From: a candidate division WOR-3 bacterium
GTDB lineage: Bacteria; Hydrothermota; UBA3072
Direction of reading: 5' to 3'
Length of the DNA stretch: 64,000 nt
NCBI GenBank assembly: GCA_016930175.1
Contig: JAFGHJ010000013.1
Coordinates: 164,745-228,744, forward strand
The notes beneath the pieces are model-generated. The model was not told the DNA's origin. It did no database searches and saw only the letters and a list, made by a program, of their open reading frames with translations. Shown in pieces: positions 51,779 to 61,400 of this stretch; positions within the stretch are counted from its first letter, which is position 1; each line of letters starts with the position of its first letter. The translations under genes were made by a program, and so were the position numbers.

Positions 51779-52327
51779 ATGGAAGGAAGTTCGTTTTTTG
51801 ATACATGGGTTTTTTTATGGGTAATATTGCCTCTTTTGATATTTTTCTCAAGAGCAATAGATGTGTCTCTGGGTACTATACGTATAATCTTTGTGTCAAA
51901 GGGACAGCGGTTCCTGGCTTCACTATTAGGTTTTTTTGAAATTCTTGTTTGGATTATTGCTATTACCAAGATTATGCAGAATATAACGAATTTCTTTTAT
52001 TATATAGTCTATGCGGGAGGGTTTGCTGCGGGTATTTATTTTGGTGTACTTATCGAGGAGCGTATTGCCCTCGGGCTGGTTAGTATTCATGTTTTTACGG
52101 CTAAGGGCGCCAGCGAACTGCTTAAAAGACTCAGAGACAAGAATTATGGAGTAACCAGCAGAATTGCTCGCGGTGAGACGGGCAAAATAGATGAATTATT
52201 TACAGTTGTAAACAGGAAGAACCTTTCGTCTGTTTTGAGAATTCTAAGGGAATATGATAAAGAAGCCTTTATCTCGGTTGAGGATGTCAGGCTGGTCAGG
52301 GGTGGAATCTTTCCCCATCGATGTTAA
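51779..52327 (+). CDS. UPF0316 (DUF5698/DUF2179) membrane protein
   Basis: DVSLGTIR, LGFFE, YAGGFA.G, GVT...A.G, AFI.VEDVR; ATG after AAAGGAG. Confidence 0.85.
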   Translation: MEGSSFFDTWVFLWVILPLLIFFSRAIDVSLGTIRIIFVSKGQRFLASLLGFFEILVWIIAITKIMQNITNFFYYIVYAGGFAAGIYFGVLIEERIALGLVSIHVFTAKGASELLKRLRDKNYGVTSRIARGETGKIDELFTVVNRKNLSSVLRILREYDKEAFISVEDVRLVRGGIFPHRC

Positions 52328-52340
52328 AGCACAAAATAAA

Positions 52341-52513
52341 ATCTCACACAGAGCCACAGGGAACACAGAGAAAAATAATTATTTAAACCACGAAATACAC
52401 TAAACACACGAAACCCTACCACACCGATTGATTTTATATTATTGAAAGAAAATACTAGAAATTCTTTAATAGTGTTTTTACAATCTAACTATTTGACTAT
52501 TGACAATTTGACT
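52341..52513 (+). repeat. Modular repeat cluster (CAC on + strand)
   Basis: TCTCACACAGAGCCACAGGGAACACAGAG, AACCACGAAATACACTAAACACACGAAA, C-tract, TTGAC run. Confidence 0.85.
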
Positions 52514-52525
52514 GTTCCGAAGGAA

Positions 52526-53884
52526 CTAAAGAGGTGGTTTTTTTATCAAACCTTCTCTAATTTGCAGTTCGGTTTGTTTTCTTGAGTTGCCGATTAATTC
52601 TTCTGCGTTTCGTCTTAATTCGCTTTCGCTTAATTTTATTCTTGCAATTCCCTGTTCGATTGCTTTAAGTCCTACTGCGACAGCTTCGTTTATAAAAACT
52701 TCCCATTCATCCATCGTTGGGACGATATAATCTTCTCTTAAACCTTTTCCCTCGGCAGTTTTTGCGACCGAGTAGGCTGCTGCTATTGTCATTTCATCTG
52801 TTATAGTTTTTGCGTTTACGTCGAGTGTTCCTCTGAATATACCGGGAAAACCGAGTGAATTATTTATTTGATTTTCGAAGTCTGAGCGTCCTGTTCCTAC
52901 TATTCTTGCTCCGGCTTCTTTCGCTTCCCATGGCCATATTTCCGGGACCGGATTTGCTACGGCAAAAACGATAGCGTCTTTATTCATTGCAGAAATCCAC
53001 TCTTTCTTGATTGTTCCGGGGACGGGTTTTGCAGCTGCTACCATAACATCCGTTCCTTTAATTGCTTCTTCAGTATCTAATTTTTTCTCATCTCCGTTTG
53101 TCCTGCAGGCAAGGTCCCATTTATATGGATTTTGTTTTTTGTTTTTTTCCAGATCCTCTCGACCTTTATGCAGAATTCCTTTACTGTCTGTTACTACAAC
53201 GTTTTTTTCTTTCGCTCCGGCTTTAAATAATATTCTGCAGAGTGCGACATTAGCTGCGCCCGCGCCTATAATCGAGAATTTTGTGTTTTCGATATCTTTT
53301 CCTACAATCTTTAATGCGTTAATAATACCTGCAAGTTCAATAGACGCGGTTCCCTGCTGGTCATCATGCCAGACGGGAATATCTATTTCTTCGCGAAGAC
53401 GGTCTAAAATGTAAAAGCATTTCGGATTTTCTATATCTTCAAGATTAATACCTCCGAAGGCAGGAGAGATTATTTTTGCTGTTTCAATGATTTTCTCGGC
53501 GTCTTTTGTGTCGAATACAATCGGAAAAGCACTTATACCGCCAAGATATTTGAATAGAAGACTTTTGCCTTCCATAACGGGCATACTTGCAAGAGGACCT
53601 ATATCTCCGAGTCCGAGAACTCTCGAGCCGTCTGAAATTATTGCCACATTGTTCCACTTGTTTGTTAATTTATAGGCAAGAGATGGGTCTTTGTTTATCA
53701 TTCTGCACGGTTCAGCAACCCCCGGGGTGTACCATATGCTGAAATCGTCCATGCTCGTTACGGAACATTTTAAAGAACTTTCGATTTTGCCCCGGTAATA
53801 CTCATGCCACTTCGGGGCAATTCTTTGAGGCTGTTCGGCTTTTTGTATTAATTTTTCGATTTCGTGATTCTTATTATCTGACAT
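52526..53884 (-). CDS. NAD(P)-dependent malic enzyme
   Basis: YTPGVA, DGSRVLGLGDIG, PVMEGK, INLEDI..PKCF, HDDQQGT, GAGAA, NQINN. Confidence 0.95.
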   Translation of the reverse strand: MSDNKNHEIEKLIQKAEQPQRIAPKWHEYYRGKIESSLKCSVTSMDDFSIWYTPGVAEPCRMINKDPSLAYKLTNKWNNVAIISDGSRVLGLGDIGPLASMPVMEGKSLLFKYLGGISAFPIVFDTKDAEKIIETAKIISPAFGGINLEDIENPKCFYILDRLREEIDIPVWHDDQQGTASIELAGIINALKIVGKDIENTKFSIIGAGAANVALCRILFKAGAKEKNVVVTDSKGILHKGREDLEKNKKQNPYKWDLACRTNGDEKKLDTEEAIKGTDVMVAAAKPVPGTIKKEWISAMNKDAIVFAVANPVPEIWPWEAKEAGARIVGTGRSDFENQINNSLGFPGIFRGTLDVNAKTITDEMTIAAAYSVAKTAEGKGLREDYIVPTMDEWEVFINEAVAVGLKAIEQGIARIKLSESELRRNAEELIGNSRKQTELQIREGLIKKPPL

Positions 53885-53903
53885 TTATTATCCCTTTCTT
53901 TTT

Positions 53904-54490
53904 TAGCCACGAAGGCACCAAGACACTAAGATTATAAAACATATCTTTTTATACCTTTTTTTATTAATGGTACATTAAAATTTATTGGAAATCCTAAGCG
54001 TTTGTTGGTTAGTTTTAAATGACTTAATATCTGCGCTTCCCATAAGGGGTTTATTTGATCTATTGCTTTTAATTCACATATAATTGCATCTTCTATTAGA
54101 ACATTTAAACGTAATCCTTCATCGAATTCAATTCCATCGTATGTTATTGGGATTGGAATTTGCCTTTTGAATTCAATTCCTCTTTTTGATAATTCGTGAC
54201 AAAAACATACTTCGTATACTTTTTCAAGTAAACCTGGACCTAATTCTTTATGAACCGTATAGGCAGAGTCAACTACTTTTTTTGCCAGCTTTTCTTCTTT
54301 ATCAGAAAGTGGTTTGAAACTCATTTATTTTCTTTGTGCCTTAGTGTTTTTGTGTTTATCTTTGTATAGTAAAAAAATATTCGTGCTATTAGTGTAATTC
54401 CTTGTTTCTCTTTGTCTTGGGGTGTGTGTGGGGTTTTTAGCACAAATCATTTTTGTTGTTTCTCTTTGTGTCTTTGTGCCTTCGTGGCTA
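53904..54490. mobile_element. Putative inverted-repeat-bounded cassette carrying a GxxExxY gene
   Basis: 53904-53930 TAGCCACGAAGGCACCAAGACACTAAG vs reverse complement of 54464-54490 TAGCCACGAAGGCACAAAGACACAAAG (25/27 identical); inner arm at 54332-54354. Confidence 0.6.
53932..54324 (-). CDS. GxxExxY protein (PD-(D/E)XK nuclease-like fold)
   Basis: VHKELGPGLLEKVYE (GxxExxY), ELK, AQ.LS.LK, G..INFN; 130 aa. Confidence 0.92.
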   Translation of the reverse strand: MSFKPLSDKEEKLAKKVVDSAYTVHKELGPGLLEKVYEVCFCHELSKRGIEFKRQIPIPITYDGIEFDEGLRLNVLIEDAIICELKAIDQINPLWEAQILSHLKLTNKRLGFPINFNVPLIKKGIKRYVL

Positions 54491-55046
54491 CTTTTTCTTT
54501 TTTTTCATAAAAACTGTTTCCCTTCGCGTCCATTGTTACAATAAGAGGGCCGAATTTTTCGATTCTTAGTATCCAGACCGCTTCGGGTATTCCGAGTTCT
54601 TCAAGAAAATAGACATTCTCGACTTTTTTTATTGATTTTGCCGCGAGAGCGCCTGCTCCGCCTGTAAAATGGACGTATACTGCTCCGGCTTTTTTAAGTG
54701 CTTTTAGTGTTTCTCTCCCCATTCCGCCTTTACCAATGATCATTTTTACTCCAAATAATGATAAGAATTCCTTTTCAAAACTTTCCATTCTCGCAGAAGT
54801 TGTAGGTCCGGCTGAAACTATAGCCCATTTATTTTTTTCTTTGCGGGCAACAGGACCCGCGTGATAGAGGACCATTTCCTTCGGGCTAAAGGGTATTTTT
54901 TTTGCTTTCTTTTTTAGCTCGATCATTTTCTTGTGTGCCTGGTCTCTCGCGGTGAATAATTTGCCGGATAAAAAAACTGTGTCTCCAATGGATAATTTTT
55001 TTATATCTTTTGCTGATAATGGTGTTTGAAGATGTATTTCTCTCAT
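54447..55046 (-). CDS. Fe-S hydro-lyase (class I fumarate hydratase/tartrate dehydratase) beta subunit
   Basis: TARDQAH, YHAGP, GPTTSARM, IGKGG, LGIPEA, FGPLIV.MD. Confidence 0.92.
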   Translation of the reverse strand: MREIHLQTPLSAKDIKKLSIGDTVFLSGKLFTARDQAHKKMIELKKKAKKIPFSPKEMVLYHAGPVARKEKNKWAIVSAGPTTSARMESFEKEFLSLFGVKMIIGKGGMGRETLKALKKAGAVYVHFTGGAGALAAKSIKKVENVYFLEELGIPEAVWILRIEKFGPLIVTMDAKGNSFYEKKEKVATKAQRHKEKQQK

Positions 55047-55916
55047 TTATATAACTTTTATTGAGCCATTTTTTTCAAATTTAATTACTTTTCTTCTATT
55101 TGCCCAGCATTGCAAGACTAATCCTACCGGGAAAGATGCAGGATGACGATGGGCGTATTCAATGTGTACGTCAAGAACCGTGGTAGCTCCTCCCATTCCC
55201 ATTGGCCCGATTCCGGTTTTATTTATTAGTTCAAATAATTCTTTTTCCATTTTTGCAACTTTTTTTTCTCTGTGGGGTTCTCCGATTTTGCGTAAGAGGG
55301 ATTTCTTGGCGAGCTGCATACATATATCTGCGCCCCCTCCGATACCTATCCCTGCGATGGTTGGAGGACAGGGTTGTCCCCCTGCGTTTATTATATGCTC
55401 TACGATGAGTTTTTTTGCTTTATCGAACCCTTCGGCTGAATTGAGCATCCATAAAGCGCTCATATTCTCGGATCCGCCTCCTTTGGGTAAAATGTGAATG
55501 ATACATTCACTGCCTTTAACCATATCCCAGCTTATATAGGGAATATTTCTTCCCAGATTGTCACCAGAATTTTCACCTGTAAAAGGATTAACGGTATTGG
55601 GGCGAAGAGGAGTTTCTTTTGTTGCTCTTTTTACAGCGTTTTCAAGCATTTTCTTTAAGTCGGCGAGATATTTGAATTCGGTGCCAGCCTGGATGTAAAA
55701 TGTCATTATACCTGTATCCTGACACATTGGTATTCCTTCTTTTGAAGCGATTTTTATATTTTCGAGGATTGCTTCCATCTGAATTTTGGCAAGACCTTTT
55801 TCTATGTACGCTGCATTTTTTAAAGCTTTTATAACATCCTTCGGCAGTTCTGTCTCAGCTTTCTCGATTGCTTCTATAAGGATTTCTTCTATATTTTTTT
55901 TGCTTATTTTTGCCAT
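55047..55916 (-). CDS. Fe-S hydro-lyase (class I fumarate hydratase/tartrate dehydratase) alpha subunit
   Basis: PMCQDTG, KGGGSEN, PCPP, GIGPMG.GG, CWA.R. Confidence 0.93.
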   Translation of the reverse strand: MAKISKKNIEEILIEAIEKAETELPKDVIKALKNAAYIEKGLAKIQMEAILENIKIASKEGIPMCQDTGIMTFYIQAGTEFKYLADLKKMLENAVKRATKETPLRPNTVNPFTGENSGDNLGRNIPYISWDMVKGSECIIHILPKGGGSENMSALWMLNSAEGFDKAKKLIVEHIINAGGQPCPPTIAGIGIGGGADICMQLAKKSLLRKIGEPHREKKVAKMEKELFELINKTGIGPMGMGGATTVLDVHIEYAHRHPASFPVGLVLQCWANRRKVIKFEKNGSIKVI

Positions 55917-55983
55917 CTTATTTACAGTATACAGAGTAATGTATTTGCACGGAAAGTCAATAAGTTTTTTGGGGAAAGATATT

Positions 55984-58398
55984 TTATTTAACAGTGAAAT
56001 TGATATTGCTGGATGTATTATTATCTTTATCCGATATAGCGGTAAGACAGTATTCCCCTGGTTTGATTTGCCAGAGAAAACTGTGTTCCTTAAAGGTTTC
56101 AGTTAGTGGTTTTTCGTTTAAAAACCAGTTTACTGTTTCTTCTTTCTCTGTGGTTGTAAGTTCTATTTTTATAGATTGATATTCGGGTTTTACATTGGAT
56201 AATCGATAAAATATCGCTCCCTGTTGGGGCTTTATTATTTTAAATCTTTCTTCCTTTTTTATTTCACTGGCGGGATTTTTTGCCTCGAAACCTTCTGCCC
56301 ATTCTTCATATCTCTCCGGTAATACCGTATGGATTTTGCCTTTAATATGAGTATGCATATCGCAACTATCTTTGTAATATGAGGCAAGGTTCTCTTTGGG
56401 TATTATTTCTTCGATTGTAGAGGGACAACTATGATTCGGTTTTTTACCCGATAGGGGACAAATAGGTACCAAAGTGAGTTCTTCAGGTAAAGGTTCTTTT
56501 TCGGGATAGTCTTTTTTGCTGTAAAGTAAATGCATTATATTGGCGAATAGGGGTCCGGCTCCGGAAACACCTGAAACTTTTTGCATTGGAGTATGATCGA
56601 AGTTACCAACCCAGACAGCAAGAGTATAATCTTTGGTAAAGCCTATTGTCCAGTTGTCGCAAAAGCGGAACGAGGTTCCGGTTTTTGCGGCGCAGGGGAA
56701 AGGGAAATTAAGTACGGAGAAAAAACCGAATTCGGAGGTACGGGCAAATCTGTCACTTAAAATATCGGTTATCAAATAATTCAATTCGGGTTTAGAGATG
56801 GTTTTTTCCCTTTCTGAGTTTTTCTTTTCTTTTCCGTCAATTTCAATAATTTCTTTAATTGGAATAAAATTCCCGGAGCGAGCGATACACATATAAGCTC
56901 TTGCCAGTTCAAACAGAGATACTTCGCCTCCTCCGAGTACGAGCCCTACGCCGTAATAATCGGCATTTCTGTCCAGAGAATTAAATTCGTACTCTTTTAA
57001 ACGTGACAGGAATTTATCTATGCCTGTTTCGGCGAGAACCCTTACTGCCGGTACATTTAAAGAATTTGCCAGAGCTTCTCTTAATCTTACGGGACCGTAG
57101 AAATCTTCGGAATAGTTCTTTGGACAGTATATACCTGTGGGCATCTTGTAATAAGTCGGTATGTCCGAAACTATCGTGCTGGGTGTCAGACCGTCTTCGA
57201 AAACTAATAGATAAAGGAAAGGTTTTAACGTGGAGCCGGGTTGCCGCAAAGCTCTTACCCCATCGTTTTCGCCTTCGTTTTCTGTATTGAAAAAATCTGC
57301 TGACCCTGTATATGCGAGTACTTCACCTGTTGCGTTATCAAGTAATATGACAGCCGCGTTGGTAACGTTAAAGGGCTTGAGAGCCTTTACGACTCTACTG
57401 GTTTGCTCCAGAACGATTTTCTGCAAATCACGGTCAATCGTTACTTTGACATTCTGTACCTCTTCCGGTAATGTTTTCATCAGTGTAAAAACAAAATGAG
57501 GTGCAAGAAAGGACGCTGTTTGAGGTCTTAAGGAAATATCTTCTTTGAATATTCTGTCGATTCTTTCTTTTCCTATGAGATTTTGTTCTTCCATCTTTTC
57601 AAGAACATATTTTTGTCGTCTCTTGATTTCTTCCAGGTTATTGTAGGGGTTTAAGCGGGTTGGTGAATTGGGAATGGAAGCCAGGAAAGAAGCCTGTGCA
57701 AGAGTTAAATCCGAAGGAGATATTCCGAAGTAAGCCTTTGAGGCTCCTTCTATACCGTAAAGATTTCCTCCCATCGGTATTCGGTTTATGTATGATTCGA
57801 GGATTTTTTCTTTACTTAAACCTGCTTCAAGACGGTAAGCAAAATACGCTTCTTTTATCTTTTTTAGTAGTGTTCGCTCTCCCGGTCTCATCATTCGCGC
57901 AAGCTGAAGGGTTATCGTTGAAGCACCTGATACGATTTTTCGTTCTTTAAAATTTTGCCAGGCTGCCCTAATTATAGCCTTGTAGTCAATCCCGTTGTGG
58001 TAATAAAAATCTTTATCTTCGGAAGCTATAAGTGCTTTTATGAAGTAAGGAGATACTTGATTTAGAGCGGTGTGTATTGAGCGGCTCGAATTTTCCGACA
58101 AGACCTCCTGAAGCAATCTTCCGTCACGGTCGAAGAATTTTACAGAATGAAAACTTTCTCTCTGTAAGTCTTTTTCGGTGATTGGAACGAGATAGGGTGT
58201 AAGTCGAAACGCAAGTATAAATAAGATTATTGAACCCCGGAAGCTCTTTAGGGCTTTTTTATTATTTAACTTAAGCTTGATTTTTTTGAAAAAAAAACCA
58301 CAGAGCCCACCTTTCGCAACCCAGAATTTTTTAACCGCAGAGAGCGCAGAGCTTTTTGTTTCTCTCTGTGTTATCAGTGTTTTTTTCTTTTTTGACAC
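55984..58398 (-). CDS. pbpC: Penicillin-binding protein 1C (start uncertain, lies inside a repeat)
   Basis: EDKDFY.H.G, GASTITLQLAR, RQPGSTLKPF, SLN, KTGT; next to alpha-2-macroglobulin. Confidence 0.93.
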   Translation of the reverse strand: MSKKKKTLITQRETKSSALSAVKKFWVAKGGLCGFFFKKIKLKLNNKKALKSFRGSIILFILAFRLTPYLVPITEKDLQRESFHSVKFFDRDGRLLQEVLSENSSRSIHTALNQVSPYFIKALIASEDKDFYYHNGIDYKAIIRAAWQNFKERKIVSGASTITLQLARMMRPGERTLLKKIKEAYFAYRLEAGLSKEKILESYINRIPMGGNLYGIEGASKAYFGISPSDLTLAQASFLASIPNSPTRLNPYNNLEEIKRRQKYVLEKMEEQNLIGKERIDRIFKEDISLRPQTASFLAPHFVFTLMKTLPEEVQNVKVTIDRDLQKIVLEQTSRVVKALKPFNVTNAAVILLDNATGEVLAYTGSADFFNTENEGENDGVRALRQPGSTLKPFLYLLVFEDGLTPSTIVSDIPTYYKMPTGIYCPKNYSEDFYGPVRLREALANSLNVPAVRVLAETGIDKFLSRLKEYEFNSLDRNADYYGVGLVLGGGEVSLFELARAYMCIARSGNFIPIKEIIEIDGKEKKNSEREKTISKPELNYLITDILSDRFARTSEFGFFSVLNFPFPCAAKTGTSFRFCDNWTIGFTKDYTLAVWVGNFDHTPMQKVSGVSGAGPLFANIMHLLYSKKDYPEKEPLPEELTLVPICPLSGKKPNHSCPSTIEEIIPKENLASYYKDSCDMHTHIKGKIHTVLPERYEEWAEGFEAKNPASEIKKEERFKIIKPQQGAIFYRLSNVKPEYQSIKIELTTTEKEETVNWFLNEKPLTETFKEHSFLWQIKPGEYCLTAISDKDNNTSSNINFTVK

Positions 58399-58426
58399 AA
58401 TTTTTCTCTGTGTCCTATGTTGTTAA
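58296..58426. repeat. Inverted repeat module pair between a2M and pbpC
   Basis: AACCACAGAG and TTAACCGCAGAGAGCGCAGAG facing CTCTCTGTG and CTCTGTGTCCTATGTTGTTAA. Confidence 0.75.
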
Positions 58427-58438
58427 ATTTTATATTTT

Positions 58439-61400
58439 TCATTCATTCAATATTTTTATAAATCCCTCGCTGCTTGTACCGAACTGCTCGGGTTCGTACA
58501 TCAGGCTAACCTTCGAACAGGGCCATAAAAAGTAGCCTGATGTTGTTGCTCTCAGCAGATATTTATACTTATATATTCCAGGTTTAACCATATCGGAGAA
58601 AAGAGCGACCCTGTCGTCTCTCAGTTCGGTGTGATTTATTGGATTCCAGGAGCCTCCTATTGTGGTTCTTTCCTGTGAGTCGATATCATATCTTGTTGAA
58701 GTTGTTACGAGCGAAGCGTCGATCGCTTCAAGTCCTGACGGAATAGGATCGTCTATTACGAGGTGGTAGGAAGTTTGTTTAACTTTAAATTCAAGTTCTA
58801 CTTCAAGAACATCTCCGGCTTTTATGTTGACAGGTACAAGCGGCTTATTTTCGTATTCGGCGATGAGCTTACCGGTGTCTTTGTTTCTTACTGTTCTTTT
58901 TATTGTAAGACCTTCATTCCTTGAGGCTTGCGCCCCTTTTAATCTGTATGAGTATGACAGTACATAGTATAAATATCCGCTTCCTTTTTTAGAAAGCTCA
59001 ATTTTAGCCAGACCTTCAGGTAGCTTAGCGATGGGAATGAATTCTTCGAAAGGTTTATACTGGTGTCCTTTGAACATATGCGTAAGTATTTTTTCTCCCG
59101 CTATAAACAAATCCGCCGAGTACTTAGGAGGTTCCGCTTCTCTCTTAAGTGATATTTCTACAAGAGCGTCCATGGCTTTTGCGTTTTCGTATGTATATCT
59201 CCATCTTCCGTTTTTTCTTGCATTGAGCATATAACGAGCGAATTTCGATATAAATTCGCTTTCAGGCTCCATTTCTAAGAAGAGTTTGGTCGCATCGGCT
59301 GTGGTGATTATCGGTGAGTACATGAATAACCATGATGGAGGTAAATCTTTTGGACTTTCGAAGTGTGCGGTTTGCGCCGTGACGAACATTCCGTTTTTTA
59401 TCTCTTTTAATAATGTCTGGGCTTCTTTTTCCCATCTTCCGGATTTGTAAAGCAGAAAGGCAAGAGAAATTTGTGCGCCGAAGCTTAATTCATTTCTACG
59501 ATTGAAGTATTCCTCGAAGTAAGTTTCATCGTTTTTGTCCAGATAATGCATCCCGAGTAAGATGTTGATTCTGTACTCCGCCAGTGCTTTCCAGCTGAAG
59601 AAAGGATAGCAGGGATTTCTCAGAGTGTATTCGAGAAAATTAAGAAGCTCGTTCTTTGCATCATCAGGAATCTTATATCCTAAATCTTCACATCTTTTGA
59701 AAAGATATGCGACATACGGCGAGAGATAACAATCGGAACGCCAGCTCGTTGGCCAGAATTTGAATCCGCCGTCGGAATTTTGCATCAATAGAATTTTTCT
59801 TATGTTTGCCTCTATTACTTTATCAACCGGTTTTACTGCTTCGAGTTCAAAGGAGTATTTGTCGGAAAGAAATTTGAGTTGAACGAGTGCCAGTAGTCTG
59901 CTTGAAGTTTGTTCCAAACATCCGTACGGGTATTCAACAAGGTATTTTGCTCCTTCGCCGATATTTGTCAGGGCTGTACTGGAAAGCGTGACCTCTAATC
60001 CGCCCATATCTTTTCTTACGCTTTCGTCGACCTTTATAGCCTGTTCGGCTTCTTCTTTTGTTTCTCCGACCGCTACTACGGTTTCAGTGGCAAGCAATTC
60101 CTTTACCATTAGAGTTGTTTGAACTGCGTCGGATTCTTTTATTTTTTCTCCGCCGAAGGTACCAGTAAAGTATGCCGTGAATTTTAATGTCGATTCCCCT
60201 TTACAAGCGGCTTTAAAGGGGAATAGAATCGTTGTTGATTGTCCTGATTTTATTGCGGTCTCACTTGTTTGGGCTTCATTTTGATTGAGTATTATTGACT
60301 CACCAGAGAGTTCGGCTGATACTTTAACGACACCTTCTCCTTCCGTTGAGTTGGTAATTGCGACTCCTGAGTTGAATTCATCGCCTATTCTGGCAAATCT
60401 TGGCAGGATAGGACGAAGGACGAAAGGTTGTGTGGCAACGACTTTTTCGTCCTTGTAACCGAATAAGTCGTTTTCTCCTATTGATACGACCATTATTCTC
60501 CATGTCGTCAGGTTGTCGGGTAATTTAAAACTGAAATGAGCCTGACCGTTTTTGTCGGTTACGAGGTGTGGATTATAGTAAGCCAATTTCAAGAACTTCT
60601 TTCTTACCATCGGTCCGCCTACCATTCTTTCTGCTCCTCCGCCATAGCCGTAACCTTTCTGCAGCAATTCTTCTTTTGTTATTATAAAGGGCCGATTGTC
60701 TGTGATTCTCGCAGAAAGCCCTCTGTGTGCATATACTATTTGTACAAGGTCGGGCGGAGTATATCCGGTCAAGGAGAGTACGGCTTCATCGACTATCATA
60801 ACCGTTAATTCACTTCTATGCCCCTTTCTATCAGTTCGAGTTACTTTAATATCGACATTTAATTCCTCTGCAGGTCTGAGTTTCTTACTCGATGGAGTAA
60901 TTTCGACCTGCAGGTATTTGTCTGATATCGAGACATTAAAATCTTTAAATCCGATTTTCTCCATGTGTTTTCCCGTTTCTTCCTCCACGGGAACGATTGC
61001 CTCTCCCAGCCGGTAAAGCACGGCTCCCACGTAAGCGTTCGGCAGCATATCTTCGGTTACAACAAAATTATAGGTAAAGCCGCCTCCTTTTATTTTTTTA
61101 GAGTCCTTAAGTAAAATCTTTTCCCGGCAGACTGTTATGAATAGTTCCGCCTCCGGAAAAGGTGATTTAATGAAAGCTTTTACTGTATCTCCGACTTTAT
61201 ATTCATCCTTATCCATAATGATTTCCAGTTTGTCTTCACCGGTTTCTTCCCATGGAACATAACTTTCTCCCGCCACCCATACAGAAGCCGCGGCAGCAGT
61301 ACCGCTGTTAGGGTTTTCTGTTAGTTCGGCAAGAACAAAATATGAACCGGCTTCTTCGGGTGAAAATGTAAATTCTCTCGGTGTGATGGTGCTTATTATT

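Noticed and set aside
53890-54500. Defined target-site duplication around the GxxExxY cassette
   Set aside because: Flanks are similar T-rich runs but not identical; the terminal TA could belong to the motif itself.
55943-55960. TTGACTTTCCG(T)GCAAAT shared with the MNT promoter at 17481-17497
   Set aside because: Short, includes the -35 box and needs an indel; could be chance.
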